NCBI GenBank assembly: GCA_963799845.1
Contig: CAWCYI010000006.1
Span: 1,408,001 to 1,472,000 of the forward strand
Direction: 5' to 3'
DNA: 64,000 nt
Origin: an uncultured Nitrososphaerota archaeon
Lineage (GTDB): Archaea > Thermoproteota > Nitrososphaeria > Nitrososphaerales > CADDZS01
Shown: one piece after another, positions 1 through 9,519 of the stretch
Numbering within the stretch: position 1 is the first letter of the stretch
Layout: each line of letters opens with the position of its first letter
Translations under genes and position numbers: made by a program
Notes under the pieces: model-generated
What the model was told of the DNA's origin: nothing
Database searches by the model: none
What the model saw: only the letters and a program-made list of their open reading frames with translations

Positions 1-1045
1 CCGACATCTGAAGAGCTCAGCGATCTTCGCTGAGGGCAAAGCCATCCACGAATTGATCGCCCTTGCTCTGAGAAGATCCGGTCTGATTTCGGTAGAGGGG
101 AGCGAAGTCGCTGTAGATCTTGAATTCAGCAGCGAGGCAAAGCTTCACGGCAGGATTGATGATTTATTGCTAATTAGAATCAGTGAGGCGGGGGACAACT
201 TCAAGCTTTTCATTCCACTCGAAATAAAGAGCGCGTCAACTCTTCCGGAGGAACCGAGGCAATCGCACTACTATCAGCTCTCAACTTACTTGCTTGCACA
301 AGACTATCCTCTGGGAGTATTGCTCTACTGGGCCAAGAGAGAAGGGAGAGTCAAGGCTTTCACCATCCCGAAAGATGAAGTGATGAACGTGGTTCTGAGG
401 GAGAGGGTCTTCGAGCTGCACGATGCCCTAAAGAAGGGAGATCTACCTCATAAGGAAGCTGCGGCCCTTCGCGATTATGGCCAGTGCGAACGTTGTGCTT
501 ACGTCGAGAGATGCAACCCATATCTCATAGACTCTATCCCCAAGAATTCGAAAATCGCTTTATTTGATCTCGACAGTACTGTCTTAGACACCTCGCAAAA
601 GAAGAGAATGATCATGCAAGAGCTCGGACTGCCGACGTCTACAAGGTCATCCGACATACATGATGAAGAGGTCAAGAAAAAATACTGGGAACTCATTGAC
701 AGTCCTCGTTTTGTCGAGCAGGATTCCGTAATTGTTCAGGGGCGAGAAAAGATCTACGAGCAACAAAAACTCGGTCGAATACCAATCGGAATCTCATCTG
801 CTCGACGCGATCATCTACTCGAAGCGACTCGCGCTCGGCTGGCAAATTTGGGTGTACCGATATTCCACTTGATCCTCCGCGAGCCTGGAAACTATGATAC
901 CGATGGTAAATTCAAAACGAAGTGGGCGATGAGGCTCGCGAAAAATTATGACATCGCTGAGTTCTTCGATCGAGATGCTGTAACTAGCTCTTTGGTAACG
1001 AAAGGAGTAGAGGCTTTCAAGAGTAGATCGGTTCAGGACAATTAG
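1..1045 (+). CDS. Cas4-like PD-(D/E)XK nuclease fused to a C-terminal HAD-like phosphatase domain (5' end outside the window)
   Basis: Frame open from base 2 (…EGKAIHE…). RecB-type motifs GRIDD, LEIKS, HYYQLSTY and a C-terminal CxxCxxxxxC (CERCAYVERC), then HAD motif I FDLDST, ISSAR, K and FFDRD. Confidence 0.8.
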   Translation, partial: RHLKSSAIFAEGKAIHELIALALRRSGLISVEGSEVAVDLEFSSEAKLHGRIDDLLLIRISEAGDNFKLFIPLEIKSASTLPEEPRQSHYYQLSTYLLAQDYPLGVLLYWAKREGRVKAFTIPKDEVMNVVLRERVFELHDALKKGDLPHKEAAALRDYGQCERCAYVERCNPYLIDSIPKNSKIALFDLDSTVLDTSQKKRMIMQELGLPTSTRSSDIHDEEVKKKYWELIDSPRFVEQDSVIVQGREKIYEQQKLGRIPIGISSARRDHLLEATRARLANLGVPIFHLILREPGNYDTDGKFKTKWAMRLAKNYDIAEFFDRDAVTSSLVTKGVEAFKSRSVQDN

Positions 1046-1103
1046 CATCATGTTACTAGATTTCGTTATCTAGTCCCACGATTCTGATCGTAATTGAGTG
1101 TGA

Positions 1104-1361
1104 TTGAAGCTTTTCGCGATAGAAGGAGTCCCGCAAGATCAACTCGATCTATGCGTTAACAAAATGAGCGAACTGATAAGGTGGTCCAAAGACCAGAAGA
1201 TCGACCGCTGGGCCTTCAGGTCGGCGCTCCTCAAAGCGCTTTACGATGACGCTGACGAATACTTTGAGTCAGGTGAGGGCACTTTCAGAGAGCTTGCAGC
1301 GTTCGACAATGGGGTTGCAACTGCTATGAAGAGCGCAAGGGATTCGAGAGTAAAGGATTGA
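1104..1361 (+). CDS. Small hypothetical protein
   Basis: 85-aa ORF with normal composition filling the gap between neighbours. Confidence 0.55.
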   Translation: MKLFAIEGVPQDQLDLCVNKMSELIRWSKDQKIDRWAFRSALLKALYDDADEYFESGEGTFRELAAFDNGVATAMKSARDSRVKD

Positions 1362-1369
1362 GGGCAAGA

Positions 1370-1852
1370 CTAACGAGGGACAATGTTTCTTTCCGTCGTA
1401 TCTCCGTCGTGCAGTCTGAGAAGGGATTCAATCTGATCGTATGGAGTCTCTTCAGAAGTACCGTCGATAACAGTCAGCCTGTACAAACTTGCCATTTCAT
1501 TTAGCTGCTTGCTGGATGATTTCACGACGACAAGGCAAGCGTCGGGAGTGCAGTCGTAGGTCTTCAACCGCAATTTTACAAATTCGATCTCCATCGCTCC
1601 GTTGGTGCCTTTCACTTGAAGTAACGAGTCGATGACTAGTTTTTCGCCACTGTCCCGCTTTGTACAGACAAAATCAAAAGTGTGCAGGTCGCCGCTGATG
1701 CCCCTAACCTTCGCCTCCGGCTTACACAAATATCCATAGCCTTCGAATAATTCAGTAATATGACCACGGTTTAGTCCGTGTATATCGGCTGCCGAGCTAT
1801 TCTCTTGGACTCCGATCAAGTCCCCACGCTCAGCTCTATTACTAATGGCCAA
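1370..1852 (-). CDS. Restriction-endonuclease-fold (Mrr-like PD-(D/E)XK) domain protein
   Basis: VRGISGDLHTFDFV…LVID matches the GxSGxxHxxD pattern of archaeal Mrr-like domains; the E-x-K motif is degenerate. Confidence 0.55.
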   Translation of the reverse strand: MAISNRAERGDLIGVQENSSAADIHGLNRGHITELFEGYGYLCKPEAKVRGISGDLHTFDFVCTKRDSGEKLVIDSLLQVKGTNGAMEIEFVKLRLKTYDCTPDACLVVVKSSSKQLNEMASLYRLTVIDGTSEETPYDQIESLLRLHDGDTTERNIVPR

Positions 1853-1991
1853 TGAACTCCACTTCTTTTGTAATTTATCAATCGTTGCAGTGATATTAAA
1901 CCATGGATTCCGAATCAGAAAAATTCGACAGATCCTTTTTTCTGTAAACGGTGAAACTGCCTATACGTGTGATCTCCAGTAATGGAAGATC

Positions 1992-2942
1992 ATGTCACAA
2001 GACGCTTCACCAATGACTTCGCCTGAAATGGAAACCAGGGCAAGAGAGATTCACTCGGCTCTGTCGAACAGCGATTCCCTTCGAATATTCAATCTGGCAG
2101 CGGACGGAATTGATGCTTCTACAAGTGTGTTGGAAAAACACCAGTTTACGAAGAAGCGATACTATGGGCGGCTAAAGGAACTAGTTGACTTGGGACTGAT
2201 TTTCAAAGAAAACGGCGAGTACAAACAGACAAAACTTGGTAGCATGGTTTTTGAAAATCAGGTCAAGAGCCTTGATCAGATCTTACTGGGCAAGTACAAT
2301 CCGGAAACAAGAAAAGATCCGAATAGCGAAGTAAATTCGAGAGAAGACGGGAATCTGCGGGAGGGGCTAATTACGCACCTAGAGGCATCAACCGAAGCAT
2401 CAAATCAGAAACCTGTAGAGTTTTTCGACAGCTGGAACGAGCTCAGCATGCACGTCGCGATAAAGTTCGAGACGATGAAAAAAGAGCTCTATGTCGCCAG
2501 CAGGTACGTGGATTTCAGAACGGCGGACTCCGCCTTGCGGGTCGCAAAGAGGGGCTGTAAGGTAAACATACTCCACAGCAACAGAAATGGTCTCTCGACT
2601 AAACTACAGTTGATGGGGAATCTTATGACGCATCCGAAAGCGCTGAGCGTATTCAAGGAACTCACCACTAACCCAAACGTAGTCTTGCGCGAGGCAACTA
2701 TACCGTTTAGCTTCCTCGTAATAGACGAGAAAAATGTGGGAATTGAAATTGTGAATCCCGAAGACCCGTACTCGTTCTTCTTCGGCCTCGAATTCGACAA
2801 TGAGGATCTGGCAAAGAAACTGATCACCCATTTTACGGAAATATCACGGAATGCGGAAAGAGATACAATTGCAGCAATCATAGAATCGAACAACGCATCT
2901 CTGGAAAAGCAGCCACAGCCTAGCAGTCAGATATTAAGCTAG
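1992..2942 (+). CDS. TrmB-like transcriptional regulator (N-terminal wHTH plus PLD-like sensor domain)
   Basis: wHTH (YYGRLKELVDLGLIFKENGEYKQTKLG); C-terminal ELYVAS…AKRGCKVNIL…SFLVIDEK pattern. Confidence 0.7.
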   Translation: MSQDASPMTSPEMETRAREIHSALSNSDSLRIFNLAADGIDASTSVLEKHQFTKKRYYGRLKELVDLGLIFKENGEYKQTKLGSMVFENQVKSLDQILLGKYNPETRKDPNSEVNSREDGNLREGLITHLEASTEASNQKPVEFFDSWNELSMHVAIKFETMKKELYVASRYVDFRTADSALRVAKRGCKVNILHSNRNGLSTKLQLMGNLMTHPKALSVFKELTTNPNVVLREATIPFSFLVIDEKNVGIEIVNPEDPYSFFFGLEFDNEDLAKKLITHFTEISRNAERDTIAAIIESNNASLEKQPQPSSQILS

Positions 2943-3235
2943 CAACAATTCAATCTGGCAAGTGGTCCATCCAGAGACGCTCGTAGCCAGAACTACAGGA
3001 AAAAATTCACGATCAATCGAAATTGACCCTATAGGATCAATGGTATCAAAAACAATCGACGACTACTGTATCCGGCTCGTTTGTATTTTGCCTTAATCTA
3101 TTGGCCAAAGTCTTCGGGAGCAGCCTGTACCTATCCTGCTCAGACCGTGGGCCGGAATCGAGCTTTCCCTAAAAATAGACTTGGCCTGAGCTTTTCCACT
3201 ATAAAATAACATGCCATATATTCACATGTTCACAC

Positions 3236-4618
3236 GTGAGGAATCGCCGAAAAAATCAGTTCAACGGGATAATACCTATAAAGAATCTGATTGATTTTAC
3301 CGGAACAATGTTCCTTCCGCGATCTTCTGATCCGTCGCAGGAAGAGGCTCAAATCGATCCAAAATCTTATCCGGAAAACTCGTCACCGGGCGAGATGGCG
3401 TTGCTGGATTGCGTTGACAGAGGGTTAGGAATATTTACCAGTGACCAGCAGCGCGAGGTCTATTGGCGGAATGAACTTCTTAAGAAAATGGAAGAAAACG
3501 GTTCAACCGAAAAGAACATTCTCAAAGATCCGGAGGGGTTTCAGAGAGTTATCGAAGATACCTTCGGATTGGGAGCCTGGGCGATTGAGCGGGCGATTAC
3601 CAAGGACGTCAGGAAGCAGTTTGATATTGAATCATCGGAATCTCGAAACCTTGTTTCGGCAATCAATGCTGCGGGCCGGAAGATTTCGGGAGATCAGCAG
3701 GGAAGATCGCAAGTCAAAAATTCCAGCCTTACAGACGTTTCGCAAAAACAGTCGCCACTTTATCACATAAAGGCATTCGCGGTCCTTGCCCGCTCAGAAT
3801 ATAGGGTAACGATGTTTGTCTGGGCCCTGACAACCGCCTACCTGCTAGCTACAGATCTGAAACCGAACCTCGCGCAGCTTGGCGAACTCGTTGTCGCATG
3901 GTATTTTCTGTGCCTCGGAGTTTACGTTTTCAATGCGCTCACGGACGTTGACGAAGACCGTATAGATCACCCCAATAGGCCAATGCCTTCAGGCAAGGTT
4001 TCGATACGTGATGGCTGGATAGTCTTTGGCGCCTCGATAGCAATTGCGTTTGTTGCAAGTTTTTTCATCAACGCGATCTGTTTCATTATGATTCTCGGAA
4101 CTTTCGTGCTGGGAATCGCATACTCGCATCCAAGCATTAGGGCAAAACGGCGATTCCCCCCCAAGATGATTGTTTCAGTTTTGGGAGCAGTGTCTGTCAG
4201 TCTTTGTGGCGGCATCGTGGCGGGGAATGTGGACGGAGCAGTCTATTTTTCTGCGATTTTCTTCGGTCTTTTTGCGATGGTGACTTTGCTGCTCGGTGAC
4301 CTTTCGGATATACCAGGCGACACGGCCTCGGGCATTCGCTCGCTTCCGGTTGTAATCGGGGCACAAAATTCGATATTCGTGATTGCCCTAATCCCACTCG
4401 CAATCGCTTTCATCGGCGTCGCTTTTTTCCGGATGGCGAACCTGAACCCGCTCTTCCCCGTGCTGATTGTAGTAATTGCGGCGTATAGCTCCCTGAGTAT
4501 CATTTCATTGCTCGGGAAATATAATGACTATACTTTCATTAGGCAGGTGAAATCTCGGATGAGGGTCGTCCACTTTATCATCCAGCTTTCCCTAATCGTT
4601 GGATTGCTTGTACTTTAG
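3236..4618 (+). CDS. UbiA-family prenyltransferase with an N-terminal DUF3227-like soluble domain (start possibly ATG 3308)
   Basis: NALTDVDEDRIDHPNR and GDLSDIPGD aspartate-rich motifs, many TM helices; N-terminal LDCVDRGL…DPEGF…AIERAI domain. Confidence 0.85.
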   Translation: MRNRRKNQFNGIIPIKNLIDFTGTMFLPRSSDPSQEEAQIDPKSYPENSSPGEMALLDCVDRGLGIFTSDQQREVYWRNELLKKMEENGSTEKNILKDPEGFQRVIEDTFGLGAWAIERAITKDVRKQFDIESSESRNLVSAINAAGRKISGDQQGRSQVKNSSLTDVSQKQSPLYHIKAFAVLARSEYRVTMFVWALTTAYLLATDLKPNLAQLGELVVAWYFLCLGVYVFNALTDVDEDRIDHPNRPMPSGKVSIRDGWIVFGASIAIAFVASFFINAICFIMILGTFVLGIAYSHPSIRAKRRFPPKMIVSVLGAVSVSLCGGIVAGNVDGAVYFSAIFFGLFAMVTLLLGDLSDIPGDTASGIRSLPVVIGAQNSIFVIALIPLAIAFIGVAFFRMANLNPLFPVLIVVIAAYSSLSIISLLGKYNDYTFIRQVKSRMRVVHFIIQLSLIVGLLVL

Positions 4619-4665
4619 CAAGATTTTAGGAATATTTAGCAAATCTTTCGAAGCAACCGTCCGTG

Positions 4666-4705
4666 AACGGTATAAGCATCCAATCCACAAATGCTGTATA
4701 CCGTT
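4666..4705. terminator. Hairpin between convergent genes (candidate bidirectional terminator)
   Basis: aacggtataagcat…atgctgtataccgtt, 14-bp inverted repeat with one bulge. Confidence 0.45.
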
Positions 4706-5032
4706 TAGATTACCGTAACGCGCTGTATCTTTTGTCTGGCTCCGTCGATAGCCTTGACGATCTCAGTCGTAGAAAAAGTCTAACTCGAATGAAATGTTAA
4801 TCTCCTGAACTATCGCTCTCTCCACTCCAGCTGCGCTCTCGCGATACAATCCTCTCAAAGCGGCGACGAAATTTTCGGGATCGTTGGGAATGTCGGCCCT
4901 CTTTATGTGCCCTATCTTCTGTAGATGCCAGTAGACAAGATTCTTTACATTTGGTCCGACTCTGTCAAGCCCCCTGTCGATGCAAGCCATGATTTGATCG
5001 TCACATGGAATGGACTTTTCTATGACGGACAT
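4705..5032 (-). CDS. Stand-alone DUF3227-like protein (apparent frameshift in a T5 run near 4775)
   Basis: CIDRGL…VYWHL…DPENF…VERAI; removing one T extends it with FSTTEIVKAIDGARQKI, which aligns with the UbiA N-terminal domain. Confidence 0.7.
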
Positions 5033-5227
5033 TTGATTGAGAAGTAGCTCACTGCTTATAGAAGTCTAACGTTACTAGGACATCGGTTGACGAGTTACAT
5101 TCCTCACATCAGAGACTAATCACGTTCGTTACTTTACGAAAGAGTTCTCAGCACAGGATACTTTTTCCATTATATCGTAACCCGCAATAAATTGGGGCAT
5201 AGGCCGAAATTAAAACAAAAAGTCAGG

Positions 5228-5380
5228 TTATTCTCTTTCCAATTCTCCGTTCATGACTCTCTTTATTGTGGACGCGGCACTTCCGAAAGTCTCGTCAAGG
5301 TCCCTTTCGTGCTCGATTATTATCCTCGCTGCAATTTCGCCAAAGGAATCCGTTAGCCGAGCTTTTTTGGTCTCTTCCAT
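5228..5380 (-). CDS. Small hypothetical protein (50 aa, not in the ORF track)
   Basis: Hand translation MEETKKARLTDSFGEIAARIIIEHERDLDETFGSAASTIKRVMNGELERE*. Confidence 0.4.
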   Translation of the reverse strand: MEETKKARLTDSFGEIAARIIIEHERDLDETFGSAASTIKRVMNGELERE

Positions 5381-5419
5381 GTTTAAGCTCCGCGCACTCT
5401 TTGAATTAGTTTGTAATAT

Positions 5420-5600
5420 GGTTCTATTGAATCTCTCGGTGTTCTTTTGGTTGTTGAAAACCAGTTAGCCTACGACTCAACTTACTCGCATCGACTTTCA
5501 GGATTACCGCTTCTTTATTGGATTCCTGTACCATTGCTTCAATTGCGAGTCCTTTCGACTGGGCGAACCTCACCCAACCTTTGCGAGATTGGTTCATCAC
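5420..5600 (-). ncRNA. Putative omega/reRNA overlapping the tnpB 3' end
   Basis: Low-information C-terminal extension after RuvC-III; GGTAATCCTGAAAGTCGATGCGAGTAAGTTGA…AGAAC resembles archaeal IS1341 right ends as I recall them. Boundaries approximate. Confidence 0.55.
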
Positions 5601-6653
5601 CGCAACCAGATCGCGGTTGAACCATTTCTCACAATTCTGACACCAGAGGTGGCGCTTTCTTTCCCTGCTATCTTGGAGTCTCTCCCCGCATTGATAGCAT
5701 CTCGAACTTGTGCCCCTAGTCTCAGATTTTGTCAAGTGGATTATCGGGACTCCACCCCAAGCTGCTTTGTATTCTATCTGACGTTTGATTTCAGCAAAAG
5801 GCCGGTGATTATTCATCTGTCGTCTATAGTCTTTACCCTGCCAGTTCCCTTTGCGGTACATCGAGCGAATATTATTTATGTCCTCGAAGGTAATCGCTGA
5901 TCTTCTCTCAAGCGCATCGAGTACGACTGCCTTTGAGATGACATGCAGAATCCTCTTCACCCGCTCAGTTTTTCTCTTGCCGTATTTTGCTGCGAGCTCG
6001 CGCCTGATCCTGAAATCATTTCTCTTGAAGGACTTCACAGCATCCTTCGTTGTTTCCCCGATCTCAATTACCTGGCTCATGTCATAGTAAGTTACCTTCT
6101 CAGAATTTCCGCCAGTAAGGTTTCTGAGATTCCTATCAACCTCGACTGCGTTTCTTATTTCGAGTTCGGGCACGTCTTTGGAAATGCAAAGGGAGAGAGA
6201 AGATTCAGTCAGCGTGAACGAATTGACTCTCACATCAGTATCTGAAAGGACTTGAAGAGTGTGCCTGGTGAGAGGAATCCAATCGACTTTTCTATTACCT
6301 AAAGGAATTCTCAGCTTGCCGTTGATAATCTTGAAGCCGTAGCAGGAAACGAGGATTAGTTTCTTGAGATATGGATTCTTTGTGTGAAAGCCGCGCCTGA
6401 TAGATTTCTTCCTTGCGGCCAAGATGCCACTGGCTTTCGAATTCGCACAAAGTTTGTGATAAGAGGGAACGTTGTATTGTAGATTCTTGTAGCTGAAATT
6501 ACAGAGCTTCTTCATTGTGGAAACGTCATTGGCAAGGCCGATCCTGATGCAGTCGTTGACCATCTGTCTGAAATTTTGCATTAAACTGAGAATCTCAAGC
6601 GAAGGTTTGTACAACTGTTTTGTTGATTTCCTAGCTAGCAAAGAGGGTTTCAT
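5424..6653 (-). mobile_element. tnpB: TnpB RNA-guided endonuclease (IS200/IS605/IS1341-type, no transposase)
   Basis: RuvC-I VDRN, RuvC-II FEDI, EIKRQIEYKA, TSSRCYQCG…CQNC zinc finger, RuvC-III RDLVAVMN. Confidence 0.92.
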
Positions 6654-6714
6654 CGAGCAAACCTACTGAAATTTATGGGTTTCATCGTAAGTCGCTGAGC
6701 AACCAAGCGACCAA

Positions 6715-6755
6715 TTTCAACAATCAAAAGAAATACCGAGAGATTCAACAGAACC
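6715..6755 (+). repeat. Inverted copy of the tnpB right end (partner 5420-5459)
   Basis: tttcaacaatcaaaagaaataccgagagattcaacagaacc versus reverse complement tttcaacaaccaaaagaacaccgagagattcaatagaacc, 37/41 identical by hand alignment. Confidence 0.85.
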
Positions 6756-6980
6756 TGATATTATAGTATTTTGAAAGAATGCACAATTTGCGAATTGGTA
6801 ACAATATGATCCAAGTTCATTGGGCAAGAATTGGGGTGGGTGAAAAATCAAGTTGCACGGGACGGGACTGCAACAGGGCGGTTAGCTTGACGTTACTAAA
6901 TGATTGTTAGGCAAGCGCACACTTAAATAGGTAGGCTCGGCGTACTATTCCCTTTGAGCCTAAGAAGTGGTGTTGATTTG

Positions 6981-7184
6981 ATGGAACAGCAAAGTCAATA
7001 TGAGGCCAGCAGTGCTTCCGTTAAGATGGAAACTTGCCCTGAATGCGGTGGCTCCTTCACCCAAAAGGGCTATCTTGACCACCTTTTTGCGAAGAGAGAC
7101 TGTATGCGAAAGTACTGGGAAGAAGAAGAGAAAAACCACATTTCTCGGCTTCGACACAGGACTGCTCGCAGCATCGTTAGGTAA
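6981..7184 (+). CDS. Small zinc-finger protein
   Basis: CPECGGSF…YLDH…C, C2H2/C2HC-like. Confidence 0.6.
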   Translation: MEQQSQYEASSASVKMETCPECGGSFTQKGYLDHLFAKRDCMRKYWEEEEKNHISRLRHRTARSIVR

Positions 7185-7332
7185 GATAGATCGGGCGTTT
7201 TTTAGCCCACTTCTTTTTCCTTTCGACAAACTTTCACTTTAGCTTGTATTTCCTTCACATGACTACTTTCTTGATCCTTTAGATTTCTTGTTCAGGAAAC
7301 TGCTATTAGCATGGGAATGAGAAAAAAGGACC

Positions 7333-7773
7333 ATGGCAGCACAAAGAAAAGTCGATGTTGTTTGGGATGGAGACCTGCTGAATGGGAACGGTCGTGTCAA
7401 GATAGCGTCCGGCGCCATACCAGAATTTCCGGTAACTTGGGCGTCAAGGACAGAACAACCCGCGGGAAAAACCAGCCCCGAGGAGCTTTTGGCCGCTGCT
7501 CACGCAAGTTGCTTTGCAATGGCATTTTCTGCCACGCTGGCGAGAAATCGTACGCCCCCAAAAAGACTCCAAGTCACCGCCACCTCCACATTTGACAAGG
7601 TCGGCGACGGATGGAAAGTAACCAAAATGGAGCTGAACGTCGTAGGTAATGTACCTGGCCTGGATCAGCAGAAATTCTCCGAGCTCGCGATAGCGGGAGA
7701 AAAGGGATGTCCAATATCGAACGCCCTAAGAAATAACGTTGAGATTACGGTTAATTCTAAATTAGAGCAATGA
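7333..7773 (+). CDS. osmC: OsmC-family peroxiredoxin
   Basis: TSPEELLAAAHASCFAMA and GCPISNAL. Confidence 0.93.
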   Translation: MAAQRKVDVVWDGDLLNGNGRVKIASGAIPEFPVTWASRTEQPAGKTSPEELLAAAHASCFAMAFSATLARNRTPPKRLQVTATSTFDKVGDGWKVTKMELNVVGNVPGLDQQKFSELAIAGEKGCPISNALRNNVEITVNSKLEQ

Positions 7774-7788
7774 GTTCAAGTCCTGCGC

Positions 7789-8476
7789 CTAAGTTGCCTT
7801 GGCCTCTTCTTCAAGTTTCAGGAGTTTGGCCGGATCTCCGAGGACGAGAAGGGTGTCGTTCTCCCTTGGGGTGAAGGAGGGATTGTAAGCGTCCTTTACC
7901 ACGAGATCATCCCTAACGACACCGATAACGGCGGCAAATTTCGAGACTTCCTGCAATCCCTTTCCATGACATAGTCAAGCCCGATATCCTCAAGCTTCTG
8001 TGCGACATGTTTTCCAAGATGGCTGTATCCGAACACGATGACGTGGTTTTTCAACCTCGTAATCATCTTCCCGTCCGCCTCAGCCTTTGCCAGATCACCA
8101 TTCACGATGTTACTGACAGCCCCCTGCAATATCGATGCGCCGGCACCCACTGACACAATTATCATTATAATTAGGAGAACCGCCTCGCCGCCGGCATCGT
8201 GATAAAGTTCCCGTTGTTCGGAACATAGAGGCCGATCGTCGTAATCGTCGATACGGAAGCGAGCAACGCGCTGAGAAGCGGAAGATGACCATAGTAAGAG
8301 AAGATCGCAGCACCCGACAGAAACATTCCCATCAATATTACGAGCTGGCGATAGATCGCCTTCAGGAAAACAACCGGCCCGTAGATTGATTGGTAAAAAA
8401 AGAAAAGTTAGTTTGCGACTCTCCTTTTTCTTCGCTTGATCGGTCCGGTAGCGAAAATATCGTCGCTAGCACTCAT
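7789..8476 (-). pseudogene. K+ channel/TrkA (RCK) protein pseudogene
   Basis: In-frame TAA after codon 22; pore helix STITTIGLY; frameshift; TrkA-N start HVIVFGYSHLG joined directly to a TrkA-C end (NDTLLVLGD), so most of the RCK domain is deleted. Confidence 0.75.
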
Positions 8477-8530
8477 TTACTGAAAACAATTTTTTGTAAA
8501 ACTATTACATCTTTCGGGAAAATTACAAAC

Positions 8531-9490
8531 TCAGTAGTAACGCGTCTTCTGTTTGGTTGATTTCCCTATGTAGTGCCCAGCGACCAAGCCCGCAACCGCC
8601 CCTCCAAGATGCGCAAATACGTCGACCCCTCCGGTGAAAGTGCTGATGATGAAGATGAACAGGAACCAAATTACAAGCGATTGATTGAATTTGCCGTTTC
8701 GGGCGTGATCAACTGTCACGGCACCCGCCAATAATCCAAATATTCCGCCGGAAGCTCCAAAACTTATCGTGGGTCCAGGAAAAAGGAAGAGGCTTAGTAC
8801 GTTTCCCACTACGCCGGTCAATATGAATACATAGTAATATTCCCTTGCAGTATAGGAAGCACGGAAAAGGCCATCGAGCCAAATAACTGCAAAGGCGTTG
8901 AAAGCTACGTCGGTAAGCCCGGAGAGGCCCGGAACGACTACGATCATGGAAGTGAAAATCGGTACGATCCATCCGGTGAACACTATCACATTGAACTGGG
9001 CTAGAAAATACACCAGCGGAGTCTGACCGTTAGAGAAATATGGAGCGCTCGGAGCATAATATATCGAGATAAAATATAGGGGGATCCCGATCAGAAGACC
9101 GGCGACAATCGCTATCGCAAGGTTTCTTCCCTGCTTTGATACGTTGATCGTAAAGCCGCCTTGACGCTGCGGCGAACTGTCGCTCCTAGAGTAGTAGCCT
9201 CCCCCCGTGGAGTAATATGGACTCGCAGTCGAATTCGGGATATTCCTGCGAAGCGGACTGCTCTTGCAAAGATGGTTCTCGGGGAGTCGATGCTCGTAGC
9301 AAAAGTCCTGCCCGCAATACCTGCATCGAAAATAGTACGCGTCCTCGCCCACGAGCGGTTTGGAGCAGTACGAACACTTCTTGACATCCGCTGATACGGC
9401 CTTGTCTGAACTGACAAGCTGGACTCCGCAGCTCTTGCAATAAGCTGCGTCGTCGGGATTCTCCATCCCGCAGTTCTGGCAGATGATCAA
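8531..9490 (-). CDS. Rhomboid intramembrane serine protease with zinc-ribbon and AN1-type zinc finger
   Basis: GASGG and HLGG catalytic motifs; CxxC…CxxC and CRYCGQDFCYEHRLPENHLC. Confidence 0.92.
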   Translation of the reverse strand: MIICQNCGMENPDDAAYCKSCGVQLVSSDKAVSADVKKCSYCSKPLVGEDAYYFRCRYCGQDFCYEHRLPENHLCKSSPLRRNIPNSTASPYYSTGGGYYSRSDSSPQRQGGFTINVSKQGRNLAIAIVAGLLIGIPLYFISIYYAPSAPYFSNGQTPLVYFLAQFNVIVFTGWIVPIFTSMIVVVPGLSGLTDVAFNAFAVIWLDGLFRASYTAREYYYVFILTGVVGNVLSLFLFPGPTISFGASGGIFGLLAGAVTVDHARNGKFNQSLVIWFLFIFIISTFTGGVDVFAHLGGAVAGLVAGHYIGKSTKQKTRYY

Positions 9491-9519
9491 GGGCGGACGC
9501 TCTCTAAAAAATGGTGAAA

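Noticed and set aside
1-6800. CRISPR-Cas system (Cas4 plus Cas12f-like protein)
   Set aside because: No repeat-spacer array and no cas1/cas2 seen; the RuvC protein has TnpB-style right-end features.
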